From the IMG/VR virus record IMGVR_UViG_3300037245_000716, positions 1 through 24,040 of that record: a DNA stretch of 24,040 bases, one strand, 5' to 3'. Shown here in pieces: positions 1 to 10,514 of this stretch. The DNA is from a virus. Taxonomy: Duplodnaviria; Caudoviricetes. Under the pieces are notes generated by a model. That model ran no database searches, was not told the DNA's origin, and worked only from the letters and a program-made list of their open reading frames with translations. Position 1 is the first letter of the stretch. The number at the start of each line of letters is the position of its first letter. The position numbers were made by a program, and so were the translations under genes.

Positions 1-67
1 CACCTGTAGAAGCAGCACCTTCATTAGCTGCTAATACTGGGGTTTTACTGAATCTTGCATCGTTCAT
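1..67 (-). CDS. 5' part of the gene after the major capsid gene (probable virion protein), truncated by the window edge
   Basis: ATG at 67-65 with AAGGAG RBS (ctcctt 74-79); open to position 1: MNDARFSKTPVLAANEGAASTG; function from position only. Confidence 0.6.
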   Translation of the reverse strand, partial: MNDARFSKTPVLAANEGAASTG

Positions 68-86
68 TTGAATCTCCTTATATATT

Positions 87-112
87 TAAAAACAGGCTAG
101 GTTTCCCTAGCC
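87..112 (-). terminator. Rho-independent terminator after the major capsid gene
   Basis: Minus strand GGCTAGG-GAAA-CCTAGCC hairpin (95-112) followed by TGTTTTT. Confidence 0.75.
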
Positions 113-131
113 ATTATAGAATGTAGCTAAC

Positions 132-1421
132 TTACGCTATTGTTCCAGTCTTCATCAGTTTGATGCCTTCAAAGTTGACGCATGATCCACCAACGCGGGC
201 ATTAGTCTTGAACACGATGTAAGGGTGCAGAGTGAACGGGTCACGCAGTACGCGGATCGAAGCGCGGTCTACAATCAAGTAAGACTGTTTCAGATCACCA
301 AACATGATAGACAGGCTATCAGCTGCCAGTGTAGGCATGTAGTTCATTTTAACAATCGGATCACCCAACAGAGTGGAAGGCGCTCCAGCTTGCAGACCAG
401 GCTGCCACAGATACTGATCGAATCCAGTTCCTGTATTAGACTTCAACTGGCGAATAGGAGTAAGCGTTTTGCGGTTCATGTAGAACTTAGCCGCATTAGC
501 GAACTTATCTTTCAGCAGATCCTGTAGTGCGATCAACTGATCAGATGTAATAGTAGTAGCAGCACCGGACTTGATCTGTTCGATCTGGTTCCAGTTCACA
601 CCATCTTCATAGGTAAGGATGCCGCGAGGTTTGCCTACACCGTTACCTGCAAGAAATGCCTGTGCTTCCAGATCCGAGAACCCGTCAGCAACCTTTTCAC
701 CCAACCATGCTTCGAGGTTGAACGAGGAATCTTCCAGAACAGTCTGGGTCAGAGCCGGTCCAGCATACATTTCGTTAACAGTGATGTTAGCTTCCTGCAA
801 CTGAGGAGTTCCAGTCTTACCACGGGCTGCACGTTCTGTTACCCATCCTGCTGATGCTTCACCAATATCAATGAGATACTTGAAGGTATCGCCACCAATA
901 GAAGTTACACCAGAGTTTTCGCGGAATGGAGTAGCATCGCGCTTAGCAGTCTGAATCATGTTAGACATAGGACGAGGAATAACGAATCCACCGTCTGGAT
1001 CAGAACCAGCATACATAGACTTCAGCTGGAGTTCAGCCAGTTTGGTTTTCATTTCTGGAGACTCATCGCCACGCAGGAATGCTTTGAACTCTACAGTATG
1101 TGCTGCTGCGAGTTTTTCTTCCGCTGATGCAACTGTGCCTTCATCGGCTTCCAGATCATTCAGCTTCTGTTCCAGGGCTTCATTGGTCTTCTTCTGCTCA
1201 GTCATCAAGTCTGCCAGACCCTGATGCTTAGTATCCAATGCTTCTACAGCTTTGTCTACCTTACCCAACGTTTCTTTAACGTCTAGCGGAATATTACCCA
1301 GTTTAGTTTCAAACGTATCGCCACGCTTGATTTCTGCTTTCAGATCTGCTACAGCAGTCATCAGCCCTTCATGGGTTTTCTTAGTTTCATCCATGATTTG
1401 TTTTTGCACTTCGTCTGTCAT
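132..1421 (-). CDS. HK97-family major capsid protein with N-terminal coiled-coil delta (scaffold) domain
   Basis: 429 aa; helical N-terminus, then K^SMYAGSDPDGGFVIP (HK97-like maturation site), AFLAGNGVGKPRGIL, YLWQPGLQAGAPSTLLG, IMFGD..Y.IVDR, RVGG; AGGAG RBS; follows the protease. Confidence 0.97.
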   Translation of the reverse strand: MTDEVQKQIMDETKKTHEGLMTAVADLKAEIKRGDTFETKLGNIPLDVKETLGKVDKAVEALDTKHQGLADLMTEQKKTNEALEQKLNDLEADEGTVASAEEKLAAAHTVEFKAFLRGDESPEMKTKLAELQLKSMYAGSDPDGGFVIPRPMSNMIQTAKRDATPFRENSGVTSIGGDTFKYLIDIGEASAGWVTERAARGKTGTPQLQEANITVNEMYAGPALTQTVLEDSSFNLEAWLGEKVADGFSDLEAQAFLAGNGVGKPRGILTYEDGVNWNQIEQIKSGAATTITSDQLIALQDLLKDKFANAAKFYMNRKTLTPIRQLKSNTGTGFDQYLWQPGLQAGAPSTLLGDPIVKMNYMPTLAADSLSIMFGDLKQSYLIVDRASIRVLRDPFTLHPYIVFKTNARVGGSCVNFEGIKLMKTGTIA

Positions 1422-1448
1422 TGTATTCTCCTGTTATAGTTTATATGG

Positions 1449-2147
1449 TTATCTAGCCTGTGATAGCTTTAATGCTCTATTCATCGACTTCATTACTTCT
1501 AGAACGTCTTTCACCTCATTGTCATCTACCTCACGCAGATGGTCAGCATTGGAAAGCTTAATAGCTGTAGTAGCTGCCTTCTTACTAACTGACACAGAAA
1601 AGCCTACCTCACGCAGGATTTGCTCTATGGTCTTAGGATCATTCTTTATGTCAAATCCATCAAGTTCTTTTATAATGGACTTGATAGAACGTACTGACGC
1701 TCTTGTATTGGAAGCAAAAGCGGTGAAGCTGTACTCTTTAATATCTACTTCTTTTAACTTACGTACTTGTTCTTTCTCATCTATCGCATAGTCTATAGTA
1801 AGATAGCCGATAGACAATCCCATAGTACCTCCTAGTTCCTGTGCTTGTTTCGCCAAAGCATGTCTTTCAACAGCTTTAGCTACTTTCATGTTCAAGGCGC
1901 CAGATACTAGTAATCCTACGTTATCTTCTACTGCTGTCTTATTATAACCGATCTGCTCATACATAGCATGGTCTGCTAGAATGGGGAAGATCCCTTTGCT
2001 TTCTTGAATAGATGCTGCAGTCGAACCTGGTAGTAAGATGTCTCTATGAGAATCTACGTTGCCGAATACTGCTGCGTATCCAGAAAATGTTCCATCATCT
2101 TCTACGGCTTTTATTTCGAATGTTGTTTCAATAAATTGCTTAGCCAT
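1449..2147 (-). CDS. HK97-family prohead maturation protease
   Basis: GTFSGYAAVFGNVD, ILADH (His), GLSIGY (Ser), EYSF..FASN; lies between portal and capsid genes; AAGGAG RBS. Confidence 0.95.
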   Translation of the reverse strand: MAKQFIETTFEIKAVEDDGTFSGYAAVFGNVDSHRDILLPGSTAASIQESKGIFPILADHAMYEQIGYNKTAVEDNVGLLVSGALNMKVAKAVERHALAKQAQELGGTMGLSIGYLTIDYAIDEKEQVRKLKEVDIKEYSFTAFASNTRASVRSIKSIIKELDGFDIKNDPKTIEQILREVGFSVSVSKKAATTAIKLSNADHLREVDDNEVKDVLEVMKSMNRALKLSQAR

Positions 2148-2171
2148 TTATGTACTCCTTGTCTTGGGTAT

Positions 2172-2200
2172 AGTATATCATACATCTGGCGAATAGCTAG
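2172..2200 (-). promoter_or_regulatory. Putative extended -10 promoter for protease and capsid genes
   Basis: Minus strand TGA-TATACT (2180-2172) in the portal/protease gap; the same TGnTATACT occurs at 9395-9403 and 20403-20411; -35 is poor. Confidence 0.5.
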
Positions 2201-2221
2201 ATATATTCTAATAGTTCGGGC

Positions 2222-3535
2222 TTACTCCTGTGCATCCTTGTTTTTGTTAGGCTTTTTAGTAGTATTGTCCCTAACAATCTCTACGCTACCTCTAGTAGCA
2301 GGATCATCTAATGCAAACGTAAGCGGTACTTGTGCTGCATTTGCTACTATACCGTCGAGTCCAGGAATCGTAGACTTACTAATCATTTCTCTACGTTCAT
2401 TGACTGTTAGTATGTCTTTACCTTTGATACAGGCTTTTTCCCAGATGGCATCTCTAATAGGTTGAAGCGCACCAATGCTTTCGTAGTTAGGTACTACTTC
2501 ATACTTATCTGTATCTAATGCTCCTAGTCTACCAAACCAAGTTGTGAACTGGATTGCTACCTTATCACACAGCGGCATGATAGTATCTGTCCATAAAGCA
2601 AGGCGAGCTTCCTTCTGGTTGTTGTAGGTGTTATCTCCACTCAAACCTAACAGCATAGCAGGATACCCAAAAGCACTTGCTACGATTCTAGCAGAAGCTG
2701 CTCTGGATTCTAAGAAGTCCATCTCGGCTGGACTCAAACTCATAGTCTGCCATTTCAACCCACCTTCTAATAGAATAGGCGTTCCAGCGTTTTCCTGTCC
2801 GGCGTAGTTGTTCTTGATGTTCTCATTCAGTTTATCATATGCTTCGTCTGTTAAGATTCCACCGTCTACGTCGTCGTAGCTGAAAACTCCTGAAGGTCTA
2901 GCAGCGTTATCTAGTAACGAAGCGTTCCACGATCCGGCCTTATCAAATATGTCTGCATCTTTGCCTGCGGCTGTCAATGGAGACTGTCCTATCCACATAT
3001 CTTCTGGATTGAAGGTTTTAAGGTGTAGTAGTTTAGTTTTACCTGTTATGGAGGAAACGCGGAACTTTACGTCCTTTCCTAGATGGTGAGACTTCACTAC
3101 ATAATTGTTTACCATTCCAGACTTGTTTAGGTGTACTTCTACGTTATCAAATGGAATAGCATACAGTTCCCGTACTTCGCTACCGTTGTATGGTGCTGCT
3201 TCTACTCCTACGTTACCCTGTAGTAAATAGAATGCATATATTGATTCCATCCAAGTTGTTCTATCCTGGAAAGGGTTTGGCGTATCCAGTACTTTAGATA
3301 GTGCGTTTACCTGTACTTCCTTAGTTAGCTTATCCCGTATCTGGAAAGGAACCATTGCTGCGGATGTAGAGATCTCATGTACACACGTAAAGACGATAGC
3401 GTTTAATCTATACCCTTTTGCTGTGTCCGTAGCCCAGTCTGTCCAGGATACGGATGTTTCACCACCATAAGGAACAAACGATCCTAACGCTCTACTTTTC
3501 TTTGTTTCAAACTCTGTATCGAATATAGTATTCAT
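2222..3535 (-). CDS. HK97-family portal protein
   Basis: GY..NAIVFTCV, L..PNPFQ, LHLKTFNPED..GQSPL, N.ARPSG, LLEGGLKWQTMSLSPAEMDFLE, AFG.P.MLLG..GDNTYNN, LTVNERRE; ATG overlaps the terL stop (TAATG). Confidence 0.96.
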   Translation of the reverse strand: MNTIFDTEFETKKSRALGSFVPYGGETSVSWTDWATDTAKGYRLNAIVFTCVHEISTSAAMVPFQIRDKLTKEVQVNALSKVLDTPNPFQDRTTWMESIYAFYLLQGNVGVEAAPYNGSEVRELYAIPFDNVEVHLNKSGMVNNYVVKSHHLGKDVKFRVSSITGKTKLLHLKTFNPEDMWIGQSPLTAAGKDADIFDKAGSWNASLLDNAARPSGVFSYDDVDGGILTDEAYDKLNENIKNNYAGQENAGTPILLEGGLKWQTMSLSPAEMDFLESRAASARIVASAFGYPAMLLGLSGDNTYNNQKEARLALWTDTIMPLCDKVAIQFTTWFGRLGALDTDKYEVVPNYESIGALQPIRDAIWEKACIKGKDILTVNERREMISKSTIPGLDGIVANAAQVPLTFALDDPATRGSVEIVRDNTTKKPNKNKDAQE

Positions 3536-4959
3536 TATACTCCCAATTTCCTTATTCTTGGCTTTCTCACTTTCGTTTTACTCATAAGCCAGGTTATCAT
3601 CCATACCATAGCATCCAGTCTGTTAGGACTCCATGTAGATTCATCTGGTTCCCAACTTACCATCTCATCTTCTAGATCAGGTAAGTGTCCTACTATGTGT
3701 AGTCTACCTCTATAAGCTAGACTTGCTACTGGTTCGGCTCGTATGGCTTTACCTCTGGAAGCATGTACTCCTATGTAAGATATGTCGTCATCTACTGTTC
3801 TGATAGTACCCTCTACCATATCCCCGCCGTTGTTTGTTTCTCCTACAACTTTGTCAGCCTGTAGTTCTTCATACATCCTTACTGTGGCGTTTGCCCACTT
3901 AGCGGGCTTTCCTCTAATACTATTATCTAATACAATGTAGTAGTGGTACTCACCGTCTATGAGATGTGCTCCACCTCCAACGATTCCTGTTTCATCCGAA
4001 GTTGTCTTTCCTTTTGCTGCTGGGTCAACCCCTACAGCACAATAGGTAAAGTCTGGACAATCCTTAGCTAGTATGCGATTTTTGTGAATGTCCATTAAAG
4101 TGAACAACGCACCCTCGGCTCCGGTGCTGTAGGAACCCTCTAGAAAGCGTTTCTGCTTCTCCGGCGACATATTCTTGAGGATATCCAAGTACGCCGCTCC
4201 AACGTTCTCTAAATTGTCCGTAGGGTTAATCTTCAGTACAGCGTACTGCTTCCGCTGTTCTTCCGTATATTCTATGTTAGTTTCTGGATGTGTGTGTTCA
4301 TACCACTGTAAATAGGTCCAGTGTTTAATACTAGGTGGGTTACAGTCATATAAAGCCATTAGCTTCATTTCACCATGAGTGGGATCTACACATTTCTGTG
4401 CTAGACGGGTAAGTGCTATCTCATGTGCTGCATAGTCAATCTGACTACACTCATTGAAATATAACGTACCGTACTCATTACCTAGAATCTTTTCTACTCT
4501 GGCCTTGTCATCCAATCCACCGATCCATACCTCAGCACCGTTAGGTAGTGTATAGAAGCTTTCTGATTTATTCTCCTCTATCTTATCTACTAGATTCGGA
4601 AAACAGATTCTAATCACTTTCGGGATAGTATCCCTACACAGTGAAGTCTTCGCATGGTTGTACCTCAACCGCAGAATACAGTGTCGGGAGTTCTCATACT
4701 TCAACGCCCTAACGAATATAGCATAGATCATAATAAACGTCTTTCCACTACGACTACCACCATCAATAAGAAAGAAGCGTATGGTAGGACTAGACATAAT
4801 TTGTATAGCCTCTGCCTGTTTCTCATTCTTAGTAAAGGTTGCTCTATTTCCGTCTGTATTCTTTCTACGGTTGTTACTGTCTCGTTGCCCCTGGATAAGC
4901 CGCGCATTCCCAGAAGGAACGTATTCCTCCAGTTCATCGGGGATATGTACGTCTTTCAT
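3535..4959 (-). CDS. terL: Terminase large subunit
   Basis: Walker A GGSRSGKT, Walker B TLYFNE, DCNP, nuclease VGVDP...DETGI, ETNNGGDMV, RGKAIRAEPV, SPNRLDA. Confidence 0.96.
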   Translation of the reverse strand: MKDVHIPDELEEYVPSGNARLIQGQRDSNNRRKNTDGNRATFTKNEKQAEAIQIMSSPTIRFFLIDGGSRSGKTFIMIYAIFVRALKYENSRHCILRLRYNHAKTSLCRDTIPKVIRICFPNLVDKIEENKSESFYTLPNGAEVWIGGLDDKARVEKILGNEYGTLYFNECSQIDYAAHEIALTRLAQKCVDPTHGEMKLMALYDCNPPSIKHWTYLQWYEHTHPETNIEYTEEQRKQYAVLKINPTDNLENVGAAYLDILKNMSPEKQKRFLEGSYSTGAEGALFTLMDIHKNRILAKDCPDFTYCAVGVDPAAKGKTTSDETGIVGGGAHLIDGEYHYYIVLDNSIRGKPAKWANATVRMYEELQADKVVGETNNGGDMVEGTIRTVDDDISYIGVHASRGKAIRAEPVASLAYRGRLHIVGHLPDLEDEMVSWEPDESTWSPNRLDAMVWMITWLMSKTKVRKPRIRKLGV

Positions 4960-4960
4960 G

Positions 4961-5173
4961 TTATCCTTTTATATACTCTTCCAGTGCTGTACGTGCTTTG
5001 TCTAGACACGTTGATGCATGTTTGAGTCTTTGGTTATTACATTTCACTTGATACTCAAAGTACTCTGTTTCTTTTTGTAACTGCTCTACATGCAACTGCA
5101 TGTCAGCCTGGCGTTCTTGTTCTGTGTCTATCCACGCCTGTCTATCAGCTTTGTACTGTTCTTGATCAGTCAT
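4961..5173 (-). CDS. Hypothetical coiled-coil protein
   Basis: 70 aa, helical Q/E/K-rich; AAGGAAG RBS; tightly packed in the operon. Confidence 0.7.
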   Translation of the reverse strand: MTDQEQYKADRQAWIDTEQERQADMQLHVEQLQKETEYFEYQVKCNNQRLKHASTCLDKARTALEEYIKG

Positions 5174-5185
5174 AACTTCCTTTTG

Positions 5186-5563
5186 TTACGCAGCCTCACG
5201 CTGCTCGATACTGCAATCGTATTTATCTACCCAATAGATATCTACGCCTTCCCATGAGAAGAACTCTGCTCCTGTAGACATTAGTTCTCTTATCTTATCT
5301 AGCAGGGCGGCTTCTGTAGTCTTGGCAACTACTACTTGCTTTACAGGCTTTCTATCAACCTCAATAACAGCAAACTCACCTGGTTGTAGTCCGAAGTTGC
5401 CTTTTCCAATAATAGGGTCTAGATCATCATAATAGATCCTTTCCCCTTGTAGGACGGAATTATAACAGGATGTCGGTCGTTTCATAGTTCCTATTAACTT
5501 ATTGTATTCGTATAGGATTCTCTCTCCTATATCATCTACCTCTAGGATATACTTATATTTCAT
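5186..5563 (-). CDS. Hypothetical protein
   Basis: 125 aa; GGAGG RBS directly after the terS stop. Confidence 0.75.
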   Translation of the reverse strand: MKYKYILEVDDIGERILYEYNKLIGTMKRPTSCYNSVLQGERIYYDDLDPIIGKGNFGLQPGEFAVIEVDRKPVKQVVVAKTTEAALLDKIRELMSTGAEFFSWEGVDIYWVDKYDCSIEQREAA

Positions 5564-5569
5564 AACCTC

Positions 5570-6190
5570 CTACAAATTCATGTCCTCTGCTGGAATGATA
5601 ACAATAGCACCTGTTGACTTTAGCTTCTTGTTGTATACATCCTGCATCTTGTTTAGTTCCTGAATTGCTGAAATAGGATTGGTCATCTGTATAGACCTGG
5701 ATCTGGACTTACCACCTAAGGTATCTTCCTTCTCGTCAAACTTCAAGCTGACTATACCTTTGTGACTTCCAGTACGCATAGCCTTCTCAATGTCTATGTC
5801 AATACTATCCCCTGTGATCTTTATACAATCCAATACATTAGCCCTAGCCATAGACGTTAAAGTCTCTTGCCGCTCTCGTACAGACATAACTGAACAACGA
5901 CGAGCTACTGCTAAGTTATCTTCTATCCTACGTTTAACCTGGGGTTTGTTCAGGCAGACTCTACCCCAAGCCTTTGCAATCATTTCTTCTATATCTGCTG
6001 CGATGGCCGCCTTAATAAGATCAGGAGTATCTGTGTATGCATCCGCAAACTTAATCTCCTGGAGAGTTAATCCTTCATCGTTATAAAAACAATATTCCCG
6101 CCAAGTCATCGACTTTGGGATATGTCCATCGTTCTCAGCCTTGAGTGTCGTAGACGCTTCTGGATCTACATTCCTTACTTTACTCTTCAT
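5570..6190 (-). CDS. terS: Terminase small subunit (start revised to ATG 6190)
   Basis: LTLQEIKFADAY......KAAIAA...A....L.KPQVKRRIE N-terminal HTH pattern, L..MARANVLD, K/N...A...L.K C-terminus; AGGAG RBS before 6190; first gene of the packaging operon. Confidence 0.8.
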   Translation of the reverse strand: MKSKVRNVDPEASTTLKAENDGHIPKSMTWREYCFYNDEGLTLQEIKFADAYTDTPDLIKAAIAADIEEMIAKAWGRVCLNKPQVKRRIEDNLAVARRCSVMSVRERQETLTSMARANVLDCIKITGDSIDIDIEKAMRTGSHKGIVSLKFDEKEDTLGGKSRSRSIQMTNPISAIQELNKMQDVYNKKLKSTGAIVIIPAEDMNL

Positions 6191-6600
6191 GGCTACTCCT
6201 GTTGTTGGCAAGTATATATAACACACTTTACTGGAGTTGTCATCTACTAACTTTTAGTTCGAGTTCTAGTCACTATAGATCGACAGTATATATTTTACCC
6301 TAGAGGTAGTAGTACCAATACCTTACGACTGAACATCCCCTTCTACAAAATACACTAACTACCCATAAGCCAACTAAGACTAAAGAGGGGTTGCGTGTAG
6401 GGTGTTTGTAGTTATAAAAAAAAATGAGATAATCTACACAGGGGAAGTCTATTCCTATATATGGAGAGTGGGGGAATTTGAGAATGGGGATAGGGGACAC
6501 AAAACAGAAAGTCGAGTATACTAGGATTTGGTGCTAACTAAATTATTGGGCATCAGCTACCCCAGGCTAGATAGATTGCTACAAAATAGAAACCCCTATG

Positions 6601-6649
6601 GTCTAGTCATCTATTATATAGTCTATACCCTTAGAGTCTAGTCATCTAT
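6601..6649. repeat. 14-bp direct repeat GTCTAGTCATCTAT x2
   Basis: Exact copies at 6601-6614 and 6636-6649. Confidence 0.85.
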
Positions 6650-7403
6650 AAAATAGATAGACTGATAGAATAATCACCATTGAAACATGACTAGGTTCCA
6701 GGCCTTTCTATGCTATCCACCTAATAGATAGTTTGTTACTTGGCATACTTCTAATCAGTTGTATATTCTAACTATTAGAAAGGGATAGAAACATAGTTAG
6801 TTACATAGCTTATAGATAGTATTCTATTGCGTATAGATAGTAAGTGTAGATAGGTAGATAGTTGGTTACTAACAAACTACTAACAAGATCAGATATATAG
6901 CTTCTACCTACCTTTTCAGCTCATACTATCTATACTTTGTAAAGCATCAATATATACTATTGTCTATTTATATACACCATAGCCTACAAGCTACAAAACA
7001 TGCCCTTAGAGCCCTTTGTACCTTTTACTCTATACCTACCATGTTTATACATAGTTATTGCCTAATCGCTCATATGGTATAGTCATGTATTGTACCCCTA
7101 CTACATCTTGTGCTTTGCAGCTATCTCTTATACCTTGTCAAGCTTATTCTGATTAAAGGCGGGGGGAATCGTATATATCGGTGTTTTATAGGTTCTAATA
7201 CTTAAACGAGCATTTTAAACGTCCATTTGAATCTACTTAGTTTCTTAGTGCTTAGGTAGTTTAGAACCTATCAATTTACCCTAGCCGTTAGATTTAAATA
7301 GTAGTCGTTTAAAGGGTTTTTTCTACATATTGAAAGATAGTTGAAAGTTTCTCTTTTTTTTCTATCAGGAGTTCTTTATCTATAGAGGCCACACGAAACA
7401 CCT

Positions 7404-7422
7404 GATCTTTGACAACTGAATA
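7404..7422 (+). promoter_or_regulatory. boxA-like antitermination element
   Basis: GATCTTTGACAACTGAATA resembles rrn-leader boxA (TCTTTGAxAACTGAA type); followed by a hairpin at 7437-7457. Confidence 0.4.
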
Positions 7423-7480
7423 GAACTGAAAGCACAAGGCGGGATTATTACCCGCTTCATTTATTAACTATGGAGTATGT

Positions 7481-7564
7481 ATGTTTAATACTATCAATAA
7501 GATTTACGGGATAGCCTTCTCTATAGGCTTTCTTGTTTTGCTAGGTCTTGCCCTTGTTGGGTAA
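7481..7564 (+). CDS. 27-aa single-pass membrane peptide (not in the ORF track)
   Basis: GGAG RBS 7472-7475, ATG 7481, MFNTINKIYGIAFSIGFLVLLGLALVG, TAA 7562-7564. Confidence 0.6.
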   Translation: MFNTINKIYGIAFSIGFLVLLGLALVG

Positions 7565-7633
7565 CTAGCTTGTAGGTAATGCCCTTCTACTAATCGGTAG
7601 AAGGTAGGTAGGAAAAATAAGGAATCAGATACC

Positions 7634-8392
<759 letters not shown>

Positions 8393-8418
8393 AGCCTACT
8401 AATAACCTTTAACCTAAT

Positions 8419-8449
8419 AGACCTACCCATTGCGGGTAGGTCTTTTTTT
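8419..8449 (+). terminator. Rho-independent terminator
   Basis: AGACCTACCC-ATTGC-GGGTAGGTCT then T-run. Confidence 0.9.
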
Positions 8450-9008
8450 GTGCCCATACATAAATTTTTGATCTTGCCCAGGAAGCGCAGCAGCGCAAAC
8501 AGAACCAATTTGGTTCTATTGATTCTACGCCTTGTCATTGGTTCTATTCAAAATGCCCTTGCCCATAGGCTAAGGGATTACCCTCTACGCCCTTCGTTAT
8601 GCCTTGCCCTTGTCAGGATATGCCCTTGCCCTTGTCTTTCGTTCTATTGGTTGTTTCCGTTCCATATACCCGCCTTGTTATGTATAGGCATATACCTAAA
8701 AGCGATTCTTTAGTACCTTAAGCGCATTTGTTTTGTTTTTTCGACTCCATACCCGTCTAAGGTATTTGAAGCGCTCAAATGCCCTTTTCCGTAGGTTCTT
8801 TGACATATGCCCTTTCGCTTTTGGCCTGATCAGATAGCCTTTTCCCTCCTCTAGTATTCTAGTCTAGATAGCGCTTGTACATTTTCGGCATAGTCTAGAT
8901 TGCAAGTCTATTTCCCTTTTATTTTTTTCCTATCTAATAGTATTTATTTTCTTGCAAGAAATTAGGACGGCATATTCTGTGCCAACCTACTATCTATTTA
9001 GACTCACG

Positions 9009-9067
9009 ATCTGTGCCAGGTTGCAAACTATCTGTTGGCATTATCTGTGCCAGGTTGCAAACTATCT
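9009..9067. repeat. 25-bp direct repeat ATCTGTGCCAGGTTGCAAACTATCT x2
   Basis: Exact copies at 9009-9033 and 9043-9067 with a 9-nt spacer. Confidence 0.95.
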
Positions 9068-9375
9068 ATACCCTTACATCCTGGTCACCTATTCTGTTTT
9101 CTATTTTGCTATGCTATTTTCTAGATTCTATAATTTCCCCCCTATGCGCGGACGCGCTAATGAAAAGTACAGATAGAAATCTTCCTGGAAAAACTACATG
9201 TTTGTGCTGCTCCAGGCTAGTTGCTGCAAGATTGTAATCTTCCTGGGACTTGCTATCTATTTTTCTATAAATTTTTTTTCTACCTATATGCCTAATGCGC
9301 GAATGAAATGTTATGCTTGTTTCCTAACAAACTAGCTGCTTGTACCCTAACTATATAGGTAGTGCATATGATCTA

Positions 9376-9403
9376 TTGTATTTGAAAGGGGATATGGTAT
9401 ACT
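9376..9403 (+). promoter_or_regulatory. Putative sigma70-type promoter for the rightward early arm
   Basis: TTGTAT-16 nt-TATACT with TG extended -10. Confidence 0.6.
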
Positions 9404-9547
9404 TAACTTCTATTTAAAATATCTCATTCTAGTAGATGGAGTGGAATAAACAACTAGACTAGAACAACTCGTTTCTGTCTAGCTATCTACCTAATAAGTA
9501 GGAGGTAAAGGTTATAGGTTATAGTTCATAGTTCATAAGTCCTTTCG

Positions 9548-9574
9548 CCCCCCACCCCCTCACCCCTGCCCCCC
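9548..9574 (-). other. Potential G-quadruplex (G6-CA-G4-TGA-G5-T-G6)
   Basis: Plus strand CCCCCCACCCCCTCACCCCTGCCCCCC in AT-rich non-coding DNA. Confidence 0.6.
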
Positions 9575-9698
9575 ATAGTATACTAGAGGAAGATGTCTGT
9601 CAACTTATATTTTGTTGGTTGGGTTCATTCCATTGGTATCATTAATCCAATTGAATGCAATCTTATTAAACCACAGTACAAACAGGAATCATAGCATT

Positions 9699-10514
9699 AT
9701 GAAAGAGATCACAGCTAGTAAGGACATACAAGCAATCCTCTATCCAAGGTACAAACCGTATAGTAAGCAGCACTTAAAGGCTGACCTAAGGAAGAAGAGA
9801 CTAGACCCTACATTCTTCTATAAATACTGGTATGATGGGTTCATTACTAAGCCTGCCTATAAGCTAGGAGTATCATGTATATGGCTTATCTATACTAGTA
9901 GAAGGAAGTTCGAGTCTAGTCTAGGTGATTGGAATAGATGTAGGGTAGGTGGCCTACAGTACAGAGAGGACATTAGAGGGAAGCTAGCAAAGACTCCTAG
10001 ATGTAAGGGGTTCATGAAACATAGTAGACTACTACTCTATGCTGCGGGGTATGTAGAGTTCCCTACCTATATGCATAGACCTGGCAGTAGACTATACATG
10101 AAGCTACCTCGTCGGTTCTACCTGGACATGGCTAAGTATAGCAAGGGGTTCAATGAGTTGGATGTGCTAGCTAGAATGGATAAGAAAAAGAATGGATTGC
10201 TAGGTACATACATAGTACATAAGAAAATAGAAGTGAAGGGAGTAGTCAAGTATGTGCTGCAAGCAACAGAGTTTGGATCTATCCCTATTAGGAATAGCCA
10301 GGCGCTATCGTTGAGGGAACTTATACTATATGGATACTATCCTATAGGTAGGACAACCAACGAACACTTAGTACTACTAACCCATTACTGGAATGACCAT
10401 GAAAGGAAGTTCTATCTACCACCGGAGGAGGGGTTCATTAAGTTTGATAGGATAGATTGGAAGACGTACTGTGCTAGAGTACGTATCATGAGAAGAAAAA
10501 GAAAAGAGGTATAG
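9699..10514 (+). CDS. Hypothetical basic, aromatic-rich protein (start revised to ATG 9699)
   Basis: Long ORF; AGGA upstream of ATG 9699; K/R/Y-rich; no family recognised. Confidence 0.75.
   Translation: MKEITASKDIQAILYPRYKPYSKQHLKADLRKKRLDPTFFYKYWYDGFITKPAYKLGVSCIWLIYTSRRKFESSLGDWNRCRVGGLQYREDIRGKLAKTPRCKGFMKHSRLLLYAAGYVEFPTYMHRPGSRLYMKLPRRFYLDMAKYSKGFNELDVLARMDKKKNGLLGTYIVHKKIEVKGVVKYVLQATEFGSIPIRNSQALSLRELILYGYYPIGRTTNEHLVLLTHYWNDHERKFYLPPEEGFIKFDRIDWKTYCARVRIMRRKRKEV

Noticed and set aside
225-6086. Plus-strand ORFs overlapping the head genes, and minus-strand ORFs within the early arm
   Set aside because: Antisense or alternate-frame shadows of well-supported genes
6300-6500. 66-aa minus-strand ORF upstream of terS
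   Set aside because: No RBS, crosses homopolymer and G-tract DNA, and has no protein-like features
9009-9067. Possible CRISPR array
   Set aside because: Only two repeats with a 9-nt spacer and no cas genes
8450-9237. ORFs 8450-8713, 8952-9176 and 9013-9237
   Set aside because: GTG/TTG starts without an RBS, downstream of a terminator, and composed of DNA repeats
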